In this document: positions 1 through 12,782 of the stretch, one piece after another
How positions within the stretch are numbered: position 1 is the first letter of the stretch
How the letters are laid out: each line of letters opens with the position of its first letter
Source of the DNA: Gracilinanus agilis
Lineage: Eukaryota
Direction of reading: 5' to 3'
DNA length: 64,000 bases
Assembly (NCBI RefSeq): GCF_016433145.1
Contig: NC_058130.1
Coordinates: 149,527,596 to 149,591,595 of the forward strand
Notes under the pieces: generated by a model
The model's database searches: none
The model's input: only the letters and a program-made list of their open reading frames with translations
Told to the model about the DNA's origin: nothing
Made by a program: the position numbers and the translations under genes

Positions 1-900
1 ATGCAAATTAAAACAACAATGATGTACCACCTCACACCTAGCAGATGGGCCAAAAGGGCAGCAAAGGAAAGTGATAAATGTTGGCAGGGATTTGGCAAAA
101 TTGGGACCCTAATATATTGCTGGTTGAGTTGTGATTTGCTTCAACCATTCTGGAGGGCAATTAGGGATTATGTGCAAAGGGCTTCAAAAGAATGCCTGCC
201 CTTTGATCCAGCCATACCACTGCTGGGTTTGTACTCCAAAGAGATAATAAGGAAAAATATTTATACAAAAATAGTTATAGTTGTGCTCTTTGTTGTGGCA
301 AAAAATTGAAAAATAAGTGGGTGTCCATTGATTGAGGAATGACTGAACAAATTGTGGTATCTAATGGCAATGGAATGCTATAGTGCTGAAAAGAATAATG
401 AACCGGAGGAATTCCACGTGAACTGGAAAGACCTCTGGAATGTAGAATGAAAGGAGTGGAACCAGGAGAACATTGTACACAGAGACTGATACATGGTGGC
501 ACAATCAATTGTAAGAGACTTTTCTACTAGCAGCAATGTAATGATTCAGGACAATCCAGAGGAACTTATGAGAAAGAATGCTATCCATATCCAGAGAATG
601 AATTGTGGGAGCAGAAACACAGAAGAAAAAAACAACATATGATTGATTACATGGTTTGATGGGGATATGATTAGGGTTTTGATGTCAAAAGGTAACTATC
701 ATAAATATGAATAACATGGAAATAGGTTTTGAAATATGATACTTGTATAAACCCAGTGGAATTACTTGTCAGCTCCAGGAGTGGGGAGAGAACAGGAGGG
801 AGTCATAAATCACATAACTATGGAAAAATGATCTAAATAAATAAGAAAATATGAAATAAGAAAAATGATCTAAATAAATAAGAAAATAAGAAAAAAGAAT
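1..900 (+). mobile_element. LINE-1 3' portion (ORF2 C-terminus, 3' UTR, A-rich tail), degenerate; runs off the left edge
   Basis: Translation [18 protein letters not shown]...[18 protein letters not shown]...[12 protein letters not shown] matches the L1 ORF2 C-terminal cysteine-rich domain; stop codon at 307-309; marsupial-type 3' UTR and A-rich tail to ~900. Confidence 0.9.
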
Positions 901-904
901 TAAA

Positions 905-1050
905 TTCTGGTAAAATCTATGGAGTTTCTCAAAATAATGTTTTTAACTGTATAAAATAAAATACATTAGATTACAAAAGGAACCAATTATATCGATATAG
1001 TTATTGATAATTTTAAAATATTCATGGACATTTAGTTATGGACCTAATAG
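905..1050 (+). mobile_element. partial hAT-type MITE, same family as 2361-2584
   Basis: Shares aaaatacattagattacaaaaggaaccaattatat...aaaatattcatggac with the copy at 2361-2584. Confidence 0.5.
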
Positions 1051-3650
1051 CTATAAGGGAGTGCCTCTGACAAAATACTAAGAGAAATTTGAGGAGGAAA
1101 TGTGAAGGTTGGGTGAGTGGAAATTAAGGATGAGTTCTTAGATAAGATTTCACCAGAATTAATACTAGAAGGAAGGGTGGTATTTTGATTGGCAGAAATA
1201 AATAGGATCAATATATTCCACACATGGGAGTGAATATATAGTTGATTTGGGTAAAAACACAGGATAGTGAGTATTCCGCAATAGCAGGAATTAAGAATAT
1301 GAGAAAGCTACAAGTGAGATAAGACTGGTTAGAAGTTAGAATCAAATTATGGAAGACTTTGAGTGTCAGTCTAAAGAGTTAAAACTTCTTTTAGAAAATG
1401 GGCAGCAAATGTTTATAAGTAGATAACCTATAGAATAAAAACAACACAATATGAAAAAGGTATTTTTGGCAGTAGTGTGAAATACCCATATGAGAATGGA
1501 AAGAGTAAAGCCAGAGAGTGCTCATCAAAATGATAAAGTTCTACAGGAAATGGAGATGGCTTCAAGAGCACAGGTGGAGAATTCAGTCTTGGGAAAGAGG
1601 AAAGAAACCTATTCCAATGAGAATATAATGAGACAAAGAAAGATAAGGACAGAGTATGAGGATAATGCACTAGCCCAATGCAGAGGGGGTAAGAACCCAA
1701 ATCAGAATAGTAGAGGTATTGTGGAAAGGGGTGGGAAGATGCAAAAGATAATGCAAAACCCATCTTGATAACATTCATTAATTGATGGGTGATGGAGAGA
1801 GAATAATTATACGCGATTAGTTGGTTTCAGATACTGATGATTAGGAGAGTTGTAATAGAAATAAAGAAATTGAAAGATGGACAAGATTTTTTTTTAGAGT
1901 GGGGGATGTTTAGTTTTGGAATATTGAATTCAGGATGCTGGCATAATGATATAGATTAGGCAAGTGAATTTAGGAGACAGGACCTTTTGCAAGAGGTGGG
2001 AGTTGGGAACAGAGACTTAGGTACCATCTATACAATGGAGTTAATGTAATAGGAGTAAATGACATCATCAAAGGAAGAATGTAGAAAAGAGAGAGTGAGC
2101 CATGAACACTATTTAAAGGATAGTTAGAGGTTAAAGAGCCAGCAGAAGAGAGTGTGGTTGAAGATAGAAGTGGAGAAATATGAGTACAGTATCATCAAAT
2201 CAGAGGGAATAAAAATATTCAATAGAAGCTGGTGGTCTGCAATATCAAATATTTCAATAAGGTCAAGGATAAGACAGAATAAAAGTAATCTAATTTGGCA
2301 ATAACTCAAGGAATGGTAACATAGTGATAAACAATAAACTGAACATCAATTACTTCAAATCAGGGGTTCTCAATGTGTTTTTTTTTGTCACACAGGTCTT
2401 TTTGGCAATTTAATAACTACAGACCTCTTCTAAGAATAATTTAATGTACAAAATACGACACACAGCAATATAAAGAAAACCAATTATATCAAAATTCAGT
2501 TGTCAAAATATTAAAAAATGTTCATAGATCTGAAATTTATGCATAGATTCTTTAGGGATTTATGGACTTCAGATTAAGAGCCTCTCTTTTAAAGAGAGCA
2601 ATTGAAGTTAAATTGTGGCAATGGAAGCCAGATTATTAGGATTGTAGGAGTGAGTAGACCCTTAGGAAGTGTTGATAAGTTTTTCAGACTATGCTTTTTA
2701 GAAATTTGACAATTCAGGGAGATAGAATCACAGGCTGAGGGGCATAGGAGTAATACATAAATTTAATTAATAGAATGAAGGAAGGAGCCCATTCAGAGGG
2801 AAATACTGAAGATGCATCAGAGAAAGGATGTTGATTTAGGGAGTGAAGTTATAGAGGAAATAGAATTAAGAGCATTGTTGGAAGTGTTGATTTTGGGAAT
2901 GAGGGAAGAAAAACCACTCTCCCTTTTAAGATATATTGAGGAGAGGAGAGAAGGAAACAAAGGAAGTTTTTAGAGGAATGGTTAGAGAGAGTTGAGGCAA
3001 TTCAGGTCAGATGAAATTGATCTTCCTCAAGTAGGATAGGAAACATCTTTTAAGAAGGAAAGAGAGTGGAGCCTTGAGGCAAAAAGATAAATTTTGTGAT
3101 CTTAGATAGAGAATGTGATAGAAAGTCAATTAGAGAGGAATAAAATCCTATATGTTAGAAAGTCTAATTGTAGTTATAGAGGATCCATTTTATAGGACAT
3201 CCTGCTAGTAATATTTCCTGATTTCCTCAGACAGTACTGAGTGACACTAGAATAGTAGAGGAGGAAGATGGTGGCAGTTGCCTAATCTGGGAAGTAGGAG
3301 GGCAAGAATGGTAAGTGGGCAATAGGACAAGGCTCCCAAGGTGGAGTGGATAGAACTGTTGACATAGGTAATGATGGGGGTCAGGATTGAATAGGGAAGA
3401 AAGTGAGGACAGAATGCTCTACTTTTCTTCCTCCTCCCTTCTGGGAGGAGCAACAGAGAAGAGCTCCTAAGTGGCTGTGTGTCTGGTTATTTGTATAACA
3501 GATAAACTCTTTCCTTGTTATCTTGCATATGTGCTCTGGACTGTGTTGTGGAAGAGGATAAAGAAAGTGTGACTCTGGTTTCCCAAATACTGTTCTCACA
3601 TTGTCAGCTATTTTGGCCAAAAAGGGAAGTGTAAAAGATTATGGATAAAC
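1050..3650 (-). mobile_element. long degenerate LINE-2 relic, interrupted by a MITE at 2361-2584
   Basis: Purine-rich antisense L2 signatures such as tttagttttggaatattgaattcaggatg and aatatcaaatatttcaataaggtcaagg; no intact ORF. Boundaries approximate. Confidence 0.65.
2361..2584 (+). mobile_element. hAT-Charlie-type non-autonomous DNA element
   Basis: Left end caggggttctcaa, right end gattaagagcct (degenerate TIR); AT-rich internal sequence typical of MER-class MITEs. Exact family not assigned. Confidence 0.6.
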
Positions 3651-4049
3651 AATGATTGGGAAAGCATAAGAAAAAATTTCTAGTCAGAGTAGTCAAAAGA
3701 ATATCTACTGCTTTTTATCTTAAATAATTTGGGGGGTTTTCAGTTTAGTTTCTACTAATTTTTTTTATCTAAAAATAACCGGAGTCTAGTTTGTGCATAG
3801 GATCTATACTATGGCAACCAAAGAATATTACATTGTATTTTAAAAAGTAAAATGCATTAATTGTCTTATATTATTTAATTCATAAAAGTAACACTTTGAA
3901 GAAGGAATTATTGTTGGTGTTACATAATTGTTTTTATAATTTTAAATGTGCATACATAAAATTTAGAAAGATGGAAGTGCCTTCCTAAGCCATTTGTGAC
4001 TCTATTTCCTAATTTCATTTTGTCTTTTGTCTTTTCTTGGAGTTATGTG

Positions 4050-4500
4050 GTATCTTTAGGCTTGATGAATAACTCTTCTGCCTGTGCTATTGATCACACC
4101 TTCTATTCCCTTTTCCAAAGTCTTGCTGTGTTAATGCCTATCATTTTATTTTCCTCTCTGTCTTTCCTCTGAATCCTTATCATCTACAAAAATGAACAGA
4201 TCTGTAACATATAGAAAACTATTTCTTTTTTTGTTACTCTCTCAGTAAACTTTCCTGTTTATCTCTTGCTCTTTTGTCCCTCAACTTGCCCCCATTACCT
4301 GAAAGAAATTCTGATCTTCATCCCACATGACTTGTCCATGTCCCTTAGCTGAATAGATGCTCAGGTTCTATCTGATTTCTATAGCCTAATGTATTTTGAA
4401 TACATTCATGACCTGTCTCCATTAAATCAGTGAACCCTATCCCTTCCGAAAACCCCCCTAGCAAAACAAAAACAAAAATACCACTGCTTTTATCAGTTCC
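4050..4500 (+). mobile_element. LINE-2 fragment
   Basis: Pyrimidine-rich sense L2 motif ctgcctgtgctattgatcacaccttc...ccttatcatctacaaa. Confidence 0.5.
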
Positions 4501-4569
4501 TCTATAGGCCTATTATGAAATACTCTATCCATGTTCATAGGAAACAGGATATTTTACAACTATGTTCTT

Positions 4570-4680
4570 CTATAAAATGGGATTATAACTACTTCATAAA
4601 ATTGTTGTGAGGAACACATAATACAATATTTGCTATTGCAAACCTTGAAGAATGGTATAAATGCTAGCTATTATTAAGAT
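4570..4680 (+). mobile_element. MIR/CORE-SINE 3' fragment
   Basis: tataaaatgggattataactac...ttgttgtgagg...aaatgctagctattatt tail. Confidence 0.6.
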
Positions 4681-5519
4681 TGTTACACTTGCCTCACCAA
4701 ATAATACTTTGTTTCTCAATATTTTATTTTTTCACTGACACGAGATTACTTTCTTAACCACATTTGAGAAGCAAGAACTAAAAGTCAGAAAATCATTTTT
4801 TTCTCTGTGGTCTCTGATTTAGAAACCAATTTCTTCTATTCATTAATAGTGAAATAGAGCGTAATTAAGTGTTAGAAGCAAAAGAAAACATAGCATGTAA
4901 AATATTGAATGCCATACCTAGAAGGGACCTTAGAGTACAAAACAAAGAAAGGGAGGACTGCTGGGAACATGAAAATATGCCTGGAAGAAAATTAAATGTT
5001 TGAATTAGGAGAGACCACAGAATGTGGAACATAAAATATCGTAGCTAACGGGGCCTTAGAGCACAGATTATAGAATGGTGGAGAGTTGAAATGTAATTAG
5101 TATATAGAATTCCAGAGCTGGAAGGAATCTTAGAACACACAATTTCACTACAGAATAAGTAATTTTATTCATATTTTTGTCCAAATAACTGATTTAATGG
5201 AGAGAAACTGAGGCCAGGCCTGAGGAGAATATAGGGCTTAGTCAATACAAATGAAACAATTTAATAAAGGGTGATTTAATATTATAATTGTTAATGAGTA
5301 GGAGAGATGGTATATCAAATTTGTAGGTTCTTCCCAATCAGAATTTTTTTTTCTTCTTGCCTTCCTCTTAGTTAACTTTGTACTTTCTTTGCTTTGAAAT
5401 TAGATTGCTACCATATAAATGTTTTTCATACAGTCCAGTCTGCTGTACATTCCTATTGCTCTCAATATTTCTATCCTAATTCAATATCCACTCCCAGTTC
5501 ATACTATCACTTTCATCTT

Positions 5520-6180
5520 TGGAAATGGTTCTTCCTAGGATAGTACCCATGATTCTCATTTACCTTTTAGCTTAGAAGAGTTTTCATCTTCTCTTCCATT
5601 CATGTGAAGTCATTTAGTTGTGATTTTTCCAGCTTTCTGAACAAGAAGAAAATCTACTTTAAACATTTCAAAAGTGCCTTAGTGTCTTTAGACATCACTA
5701 AACACATAAATACATATTCTATATTTAACATTTCCCAGGCTTTTGTGCAGTTATATCCTGAATTAGCTGCAAAATTTTTTGCAAAAAACTATTTTTTCAA
5801 CAATAATTTTTCTTCTGTCATTATTCTTATTGGATCCTATCAGATTGTTAGATTTCTACAATTCAAGAATATGGTAAAATATTACTGGAATAAAAGATTT
5901 TTGAATTTCCACTCCATAGTGATTATATTAGCTTATGTGAAGAGAATTCCTACCTTTTTAGTTCTTCCTTCCTTTTCTGCTCTAGTCTACTGCCCTTGGA
6001 AAGTTCCAATGGCTCAAATACTGGATCTGCATGCCAATTTGTTCCTCCTCCCATTTCCTCCTCAGTGTTCTTAGGGACTCTCTAATCCCTGAAGTAATTT
6101 AAAGTTGTAGACAGGAACTGTGTGGGTCTTAACAACTTTTATAAGGTTTAGGAATAAATATTATAATGACCTGATTGCAC
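5520..6180 (-). promoter_or_regulatory. putative OR promoter / non-coding exon 1 module, copy A (gene not in window)
   Basis: Paralogous to copies B-D: donor AG|GTAAAT (plus-strand ac at 5562-5563), O/E-like gcccttggaa 5992-6001, core taatccctgaagtaatttaaag 6083-6104. Confidence 0.6.
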
Positions 6181-6619
6181 AAAGCTTATTAGGCTTTTCT
6201 AAATCTAACCTTTCCTCCTTTATGATTTCTAATTTTAAAATCACCCTCCCTAATCCTGGATCCATCAAACATTACAATTCATTTCCTTTCTTCTTCTTCC
6301 TCTCTTTCTGCTGCTTATTTGTCCCTGCAAAAAGTTCTCATTTCCTCTATTCTACAGAAAACTTTCCCTTTATCATACCACCTTCTTAAACTATTATTAA
6401 ATTTTTATCCTTTACTGCCTCACCTTCTATAGCACCATTTAAGTTTGTTAGTTAAATCCATGTATTTTTTCTTTTCAAATAACATTGCATTCATTTTCTA
6501 TCTCCTTTTATTTGCATTGCCCATTCTCCATTCCTAAGAATGTACACTTTCCTTAACTTTGCTTCATAGGATTCTTTTCCTCCTTCAAAACACAGCTTAA
6601 GTACAAGATTTATATAAGC

Positions 6620-7407
6620 TTTTACAGATGTTTATTGTATGTCTATATTGTTCCACTGATTTACTTTTCTATTTCAAGGTCAGTAGTCAGGTAGTTTTGA
6701 TCATTACTACTTCATAATGTAATTCATCATTTGGTACTGCTAAGTGTCCTTCCTTTACATCCTCCCCCCCCCCCATTAATTCCTTTGATATTCTTGACTT
6801 TTTGCTTTTCCAAGTGAATTTTGTAATTTTTTCTAGTCCAATAAAGTAAAATTTGGTAATTTAATTGAGATTGCATTGAATAAGTAGATTAGTTTAGGTA
6901 AGATTTTCAATTTAATTATATTGACTCTGCCCATTTATGAACAGTGAATATTTCTCCAATTATTTAAGCCTGCCTTTATTTCCAAAAAAACAAAACAAAA
7001 CATGTTTTATGATTTCTGGGTTTGTTTTGGCAGATATAATACTTTTAAAATTATTTCTGTGATTAGTTTAAATGGGTTATATCTTACTATCTCTTCTTGT
7101 AGGATATTGCTGGTGATATATAATTAATATTTAGGGGTTTGTATCCTACTATTTTGTTAAAATTGTTTATAGTTTCAACTAATTTTAGTCAAATATTTAA
7201 GATTTTCTATATATAATCATGTAATATGTGAAAAGAGATAGTTTTGTTACCTCTTTGCCTTTCTGATTCCTTCAGTTTCTTTTTCTTCTCTTACTGCTAT
7301 TGCTAACATTTTAAATACAATATTAAATGATATTGGTGACAATGACTTTCCTTGTTTTACATCTCACTTTTGTAACAATTAAATAGAGCCAGTACCAATG
7401 TTTGACA

Positions 7408-7438
<31 letters not shown>

Positions 7439-8470
7439 TCTATGAGGTGAGTCTCTCTTCCAGCTCTCCCTGGGAGCTGAATATATACTGGGAGACTTTA
7501 AGAGGGTGTCACCCTGAAACTGGATGACCTGGATGGTCGTGCTGCCCCTCAGGAGTCAGGGGCAAGGCTTCTCCATAAGAGGAGGTATGTGGTACCCCAA
7601 TCCAATCTTGAATAAGGATGGGGTTCACACAAACCTCCCCCAAATCAGTTAAATTCACAGCGGGTGGTCCAGATTCAAGATGGAGGCAGTCAGACCAAGC
7701 TATGGTTCCCTTCTCTCTTGTTGTCTCTCAGGCACACTGGAAGGCTATCTGACTGATGAATGGCTTTTATTTTTCACAATTCAGGGATTTGGGATAGGGG
7801 TGATGGGCAAAGGGATTTTGGGGTGCCCTCTTCTCTATTTCTATGGTGTCTGTCACTTAGGAGGAACCTTTGGGGTTCCCTCTCCTAAGCTTCTTCCCCT
7901 GCCCTTTTTTCTTCTGTTTCTATCTCTGTTCTTTTCTGTTTCTAGCCTTTTCTATAATTGTAAATTTTGACTGAAAAGGGGTCTCTCAGCAAGACTGTGT
8001 AATGGGAAAAGGAGACTAAGAGATCACTCCCAAAATGGAGTCCAAAAATTTAGCTGACTTGATGGTTGAATTCTTGATGGGTAAGATGTGATGGAATGGC
8101 TTTGACCAGGAAATCAGGGTTTCAATTTCCATCCGAAGATCCTCAGGAAGCCCTCAGGACTGGATCTGAGCTGAAATGTCCTCCTCCTCTTTCCTCCCAG
8201 TCCTCCAACCAAAGACTGCCTCCCTTTTTCCTCTGAGAAATTCCCAGAATTCTCTCTGGTCTCTCAACTGTCAGTAACTATCACCAACTGCCTTCTTCTA
8301 GCTCCTTTTGTCCCATCCCCTTTGCATAAATCCCATCCTTACATCTTACAGGGAGGGCTTCTAACTTATCCCCATTACAAATAATGTTTGCTGATATTTT
8401 AAATATATATTTATTATTCTAAGGAAAAATACATTTATACCTAAGCTTTTTAAAAAGTTTCATAAGATAT
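6620..8470 (-). mobile_element. LINE-1 ORF2 fragment split by an LTR insertion at 7371-8350
   Basis: Antisense L1 ORF2 text (gttttgatcattactacttcataatg, attgcattgaataagtagattagtttagg) resumes after the LTR as gggagggcttctaacttatccccatt. Confidence 0.75.
7371..8350 (-). mobile_element. ERV solo LTR (~980 bp)
   Basis: Termini TGTAAC...TTACA (TG...CA), GC-richer than the flanks, internal (GA)n, candidate minus-strand AATAAA near 7765; interrupts an L1. No TSD recognisable. Confidence 0.75.
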
Positions 8471-8935
8471 TTTATTTTACTAATTACCTGTAATTATTAA
8501 TATTGTAATCATATTTTTATTGTATATGTAATATGTATACGGTTAAAATTGTCTCCCTCCCTTCACACCTTCCTACCAGAGATGGCAAGCAATCTGACCT
8601 AGGCTATACGCAGACCATCATGAAAAATACATTTCCATGTTGTTCAATTTTGTAAGGAAATAATCATATAAAACCAGAACCCCCAAACTAAAACCCAAAT
8701 AAACTAACATAAAAAATAGTATATTTTGATCTGCTTTCCAACTGCAACAGTTGTTTCTCTGGAGGTTGATAGCATTCTTTGTCATAAATCTTTCAGAAAA
8801 TGTCCTGGATCATTGTATTGCTGTGAGTAGTTAAGTTTATCAGAATTGATCATTTCACAATATTACTGTTATTATATGCTGTGTTCTCATGGTTATGATT
8901 ATTTCATTCTACATCAGTTCATAAAGCCTATATGA
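8470..8935 (-). mobile_element. LINE-1 3' UTR fragment
   Basis: agagatggcaagcaatctgacc, tttctctggaggttgatagcattc, cattgtattgctg: antisense marsupial L1 3' UTR. Confidence 0.7.
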
Positions 8936-8941
8936 AACTAT

Positions 8942-9120
8942 GCAGCTAGGTGGCTTGTTGGATAGAGAGCCAGGCTTGAAGATGGGAGGTCCTGGGTTCA
9001 AATCTGACCTCAGACACTTCCTAGCTATATGACCCTGGGCAAGTCACTTAACTCCCATTGTCTAGCTCTTACCGCTCTTTTGCCTAAGTTAGAAGATAAA
9101 GATTTAAAATTTTAAAAAAA
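8942..9120 (+). mobile_element. SINE1_Mdo-type tRNA-derived CORE-SINE
   Basis: gcagctaggtggc A-box region, gggttcaaatc B-box, gaccctgggcaagtcacttaac core, A-rich tail. Confidence 0.85.
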
Positions 9121-9299
9121 AGATCAAGACAGCATTTTTTTTTTACAGAAAAGTGTGTTTTATGGTTTCTGGGTTTGTTTTGGCAGATATAATACTTTTA
9201 TAATTGTTTCTGTGATTAGTTTAAATGGGTTATATCTTACTATCTCTTCTTGTAGGATATTATTGGTGATATATTAGTAATATTTAGGGGTTTGTATCC

Positions 9300-9520
9300 A
9301 AAACAGAAATATTATTTGAAGAATGACTAGCTTATGTCTACCTCTAGAGAAAGAACTGCAAAATAGAAATGTGTAAGCAATATTATGTATAAACACACAC
9401 ACATATATATCTTTATGTCAAATGATGCCTTTCCTAAGGTGGGGAAAGGAGGGATGGAGGGAGATACTTGGGAATTTTAATGTAATAAACAAATTAATTA
9501 ATTAATTTAAAACCTAAACA
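9300..9520 (+). mobile_element. old LINE-1 3' UTR fragment
   Basis: tctacctctagagaaagaactg...ggggaaaggagggatggaggg followed by an A/T-rich end. Confidence 0.5.
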
Positions 9521-10672
9521 AAAGCTTAAACACTATGTTATATATGTTTCCTTTTCTCATTCTTCCTCTGACTTCTAGGGCAATGTACTAACTAGATTGT
9601 GTCAATGTAAGATTTGTGTATTCCTACAGCTACCTAACTGTATTAATTGACCTGATCTGCCTCTGAGGAGTACAGGAATAGAGCCAAGGGCCATACATGC
9701 CTGAAGGGGATGGAGAGGGAGGCTGAAGGAGCACACCAAGACTAGGAACTTTTTTCTCTAGAATTGAAGAGGGGTATTTAACTAAATTGCATCCTCTCAT
9801 TTTGATAAGTATACCTTTGCAGCTTTTTACTTTCTACAAGTACATATCAAGATCCTATCTTCTATGAAAATTAAGCCTGAGAATTATTAGGTTGACATCC
9901 AAATCTCTAATGAAGAATTGAATTATCAATGAATGGCCTTCATATCCTCAAAACTTTTCTAACAGATGCAAGCAATCCTTTGCCTCTTTTCATTAGTGCA
10001 GTAATATTTCTCTTCTCAATATTGCTAGATTTTCTTCAGTGTTCCTTTGGGTCCCAATTCTAAATCAAGCCCTTATGGTTATAGTATAGGCTCTTAAAAT
10101 GATGGGGGTCATCCTTTTAAGATCAGTGTAATCATGTGAATTTAAGCTCACTTGCATATAGTCCCTTATTTTACAGTAGTTCTCAGCATTAGAAATCTGA
10201 CATTTTGTTGTTCCTTTCATGATGGGTAAGAAAAAAGAAATCAGGCTCTAAATTACTTTTTTGGTAAGAGTGAAGGAATATGCATGTAAAATGGAGAAGA
10301 AAAATAAAAATTTCCCTAGGATCTTAGGATCTCCTAATGAAAAAAATCAAATGGAATAATTCTGCTTGACCCAAAGGACTTGCTGACTAATTCAGAATGT
10401 TTTTTATCCATCTAATTATAATTTTTATCTATAGGTCGAGCCAAATCCAGTAATCTGCCACTGATATTTAGCTAAAATTCCCATCATCGTCAATGAATGC
10501 TCCTTTCACAGGGATTATTAGCAGAGGCTAGTTCTGATCATCACTACTGGGCCACCACACACTCCCTTTCTGTGGAGACAGAAGCATGCCATTCATAGAG
10601 AACAGAATCTCTGTGAAATAAAGCATTGTTTCAAAGGACCTCAAGTATTCTCACTCCACAACTCAGTATTCC

Positions 10673-10745
10673 TTTTTTTTTAAACCCTTACCTTCTGCCT
10701 TAGAATCAATATCATGTATTGGCTCCAAGCAAAAGAGTGGTAAAG
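10673..10745 (-). mobile_element. SINE1_Mdo 3' fragment
   Basis: tttttaaacccttaccttctgccttagaatcaat...gagtggtaa is the antisense SINE1_Mdo tail. Confidence 0.75.
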
Positions 10746-10799
10746 ATCAATGACATATGGAAGGGTGTTTTGTATGACAAAATAACAATAATAAAATAT

Positions 10800-11010
10800 T
10801 GACAGAATTCAGTTCAACATAAAGTTACTGTTCTCACAGTAAGAATTGTTAAAAAATGGAACTGATTTTCATAGGATAATGCCATTCACATGAGTGGAGG
10901 TGTTTAATCAGAATTTGATGAATATTTTTTTAGGATTTTGTGGAGAAGATTCATAATCTGAATAGAAGTCCTTTCCAGTTATCTGGTTTCTATCATTCAG
11001 TTATCATCTT
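10800..11010 (+). mobile_element. CR1/L3 3' end fragment
   Basis: ctcacagtaagaattgttaaaaaatggaac...ggaggtgtttaatcagaatttgatg...gtcctttcc. Confidence 0.5.
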
Positions 11011-12062
11011 TTTAAAAACAATTTGACTAATTATGGTACATGAGTTAAAGATAATATAAAGTGATACATTTTTATTATTGATCTGTGATTTTTATGTAAA
11101 GTCTTTCCCCCTTGTTCCCCTTATCAAAGTCCATGTGAAATGACAGCTCCTACACATAATCTCCCATGAAAACAATGTCTTTCTTTTGACATCTTAGCAC
11201 TTTTTACTCCTCAAGCACTTGCCAATGTTCTTATTTGCATTCTAATTATCTACATCCCTATCTTATCACTTATTTTTTCCCTTCTGAAAAGAATAATCAT
11301 TGTAGAAGAATAAAAGAATAATCATAGTAGAAGATAATAAAAAAGATGAATATAATGTTAAAATCAATAGAAAGAAGGAGCTAATAGGAGGAGTGTTTCA
11401 CTTGAGGAGATGATTTCAAATCATATGGTCTAGATGAAATATATTCACGTTACCAATGTTTTTTAATTTGTGTAATGTACCATGGGTCCTTTCACACCAT
11501 AAAATTCTTCCTGTTTTCATTAACTTCTCCTCCTCAGAGGATGCTTTACAGATAACTTTCCAGATAATATTTCCGAAATGATCCTCGATCAGGCATTTTT
11601 GAGTCTGGGAAGTCACAAAATACTGACTGAATTTTTTTCAGGTTTTTGTCCTGCTAATTATTACTTGGGATTTTCCTAACTCCTTTTCAGTTAAAAAAAT
11701 CTTATAATATTCTTATAATAATAATATATTTGTAATATTAAAAGAATCCTGTTTTATGTCCATTAAATCACCATGCCTATTAAATATGTAAGGATCTATT
11801 TTTCAAGTCACTATAATGTAATATTTGTTATAATGCTAGACAAAATGATAAACGGATCACTAAAATGCAGCATATATGGTAATAATCAATAAAATTTTAT
11901 ATGCAATAAATAATTCTAAAATAAATTACAAACAGCCAAAGATTGTAGCATCTCTCATAATACTAATTGAGTGGTATGAATTTCAACCTAGTTAATTAAA
12001 TACTATTTATTAAACACTTTATTCTCATACTCTGTTTTGCTTCTTGATATGGAGTGAGCTAC

Positions 12063-12086
12063 GTATGTATGTATGTATGTATGTAT
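12063..12086. repeat. (GTAT)n microsatellite
   Basis: Directly visible. Confidence 0.85.
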
Positions 12087-12782
12087 CTATCCAGCTAGCT
12101 ACCCACAAATCAAATACCACTTCAATGTATCAGCAGTGAAAGAGATAACGGCCTGAATTAACTCTCACTGATATTGAGTTCTGAATTCTGTAAACACAAC
12201 CTCAGTATTCAGTCTTCTTGGCATACCAGAAAAAGTATTTCAAAGATTCTTTTCATAATGTTTTCCCCTAGATTGTTTATCTCTGTATCTTATTCAGTGT
12301 CCTGTTAGACATCATAGTTAATAAATTCCAGAATAACAATAAAACTGACTGAATCTCATAGATTTATTTCTTATAAGAAATAGAGTAATAGTATTCATAG
12401 ATCTTACCGAAGGAGTATTAAAACTGTTATATTTATCTAGGAAGCTTAAGTATTTTAACAACTGTTTCTGTTAATTCCTCTGAATCAGACCTTCTGCAGT
12501 AGGAAGTTTAATTTTCTATCATCAACTCATGCTCTTTCAGCTTAAATGTGTGTGACTTTTTTTAAATGAACGACACCATAAACTCCAGGACAGAGAATAG
12601 CAAAAGTGCCAAGGCAGTACAGAAGTAGATGAATGTAGATATGTTGCCTGTGTACAAAAGTGAAAATTATACATTCTTCTTTGTCATCATGTTAACACAT
12701 GTTTCTAGGGAGAGTGGTGCTATGTTTAGGTGCAAAGAATAAATTCCCCATACAAAAGAAAGGAACTGAAAATCTCAGACTT

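Noticed and set aside
1428-1778. ORFs of 92-116 aa on both strands
   Set aside because: They lie within a degenerate L2 relic, are compositionally biased and have no recognisable domain.
5604-6389. 156-aa and 89-aa plus-strand ORFs over module A (similar short ORFs over B and C)
   Set aside because: Reading frames are not preserved among the four module copies; conservation is motif-like, not codon-like.
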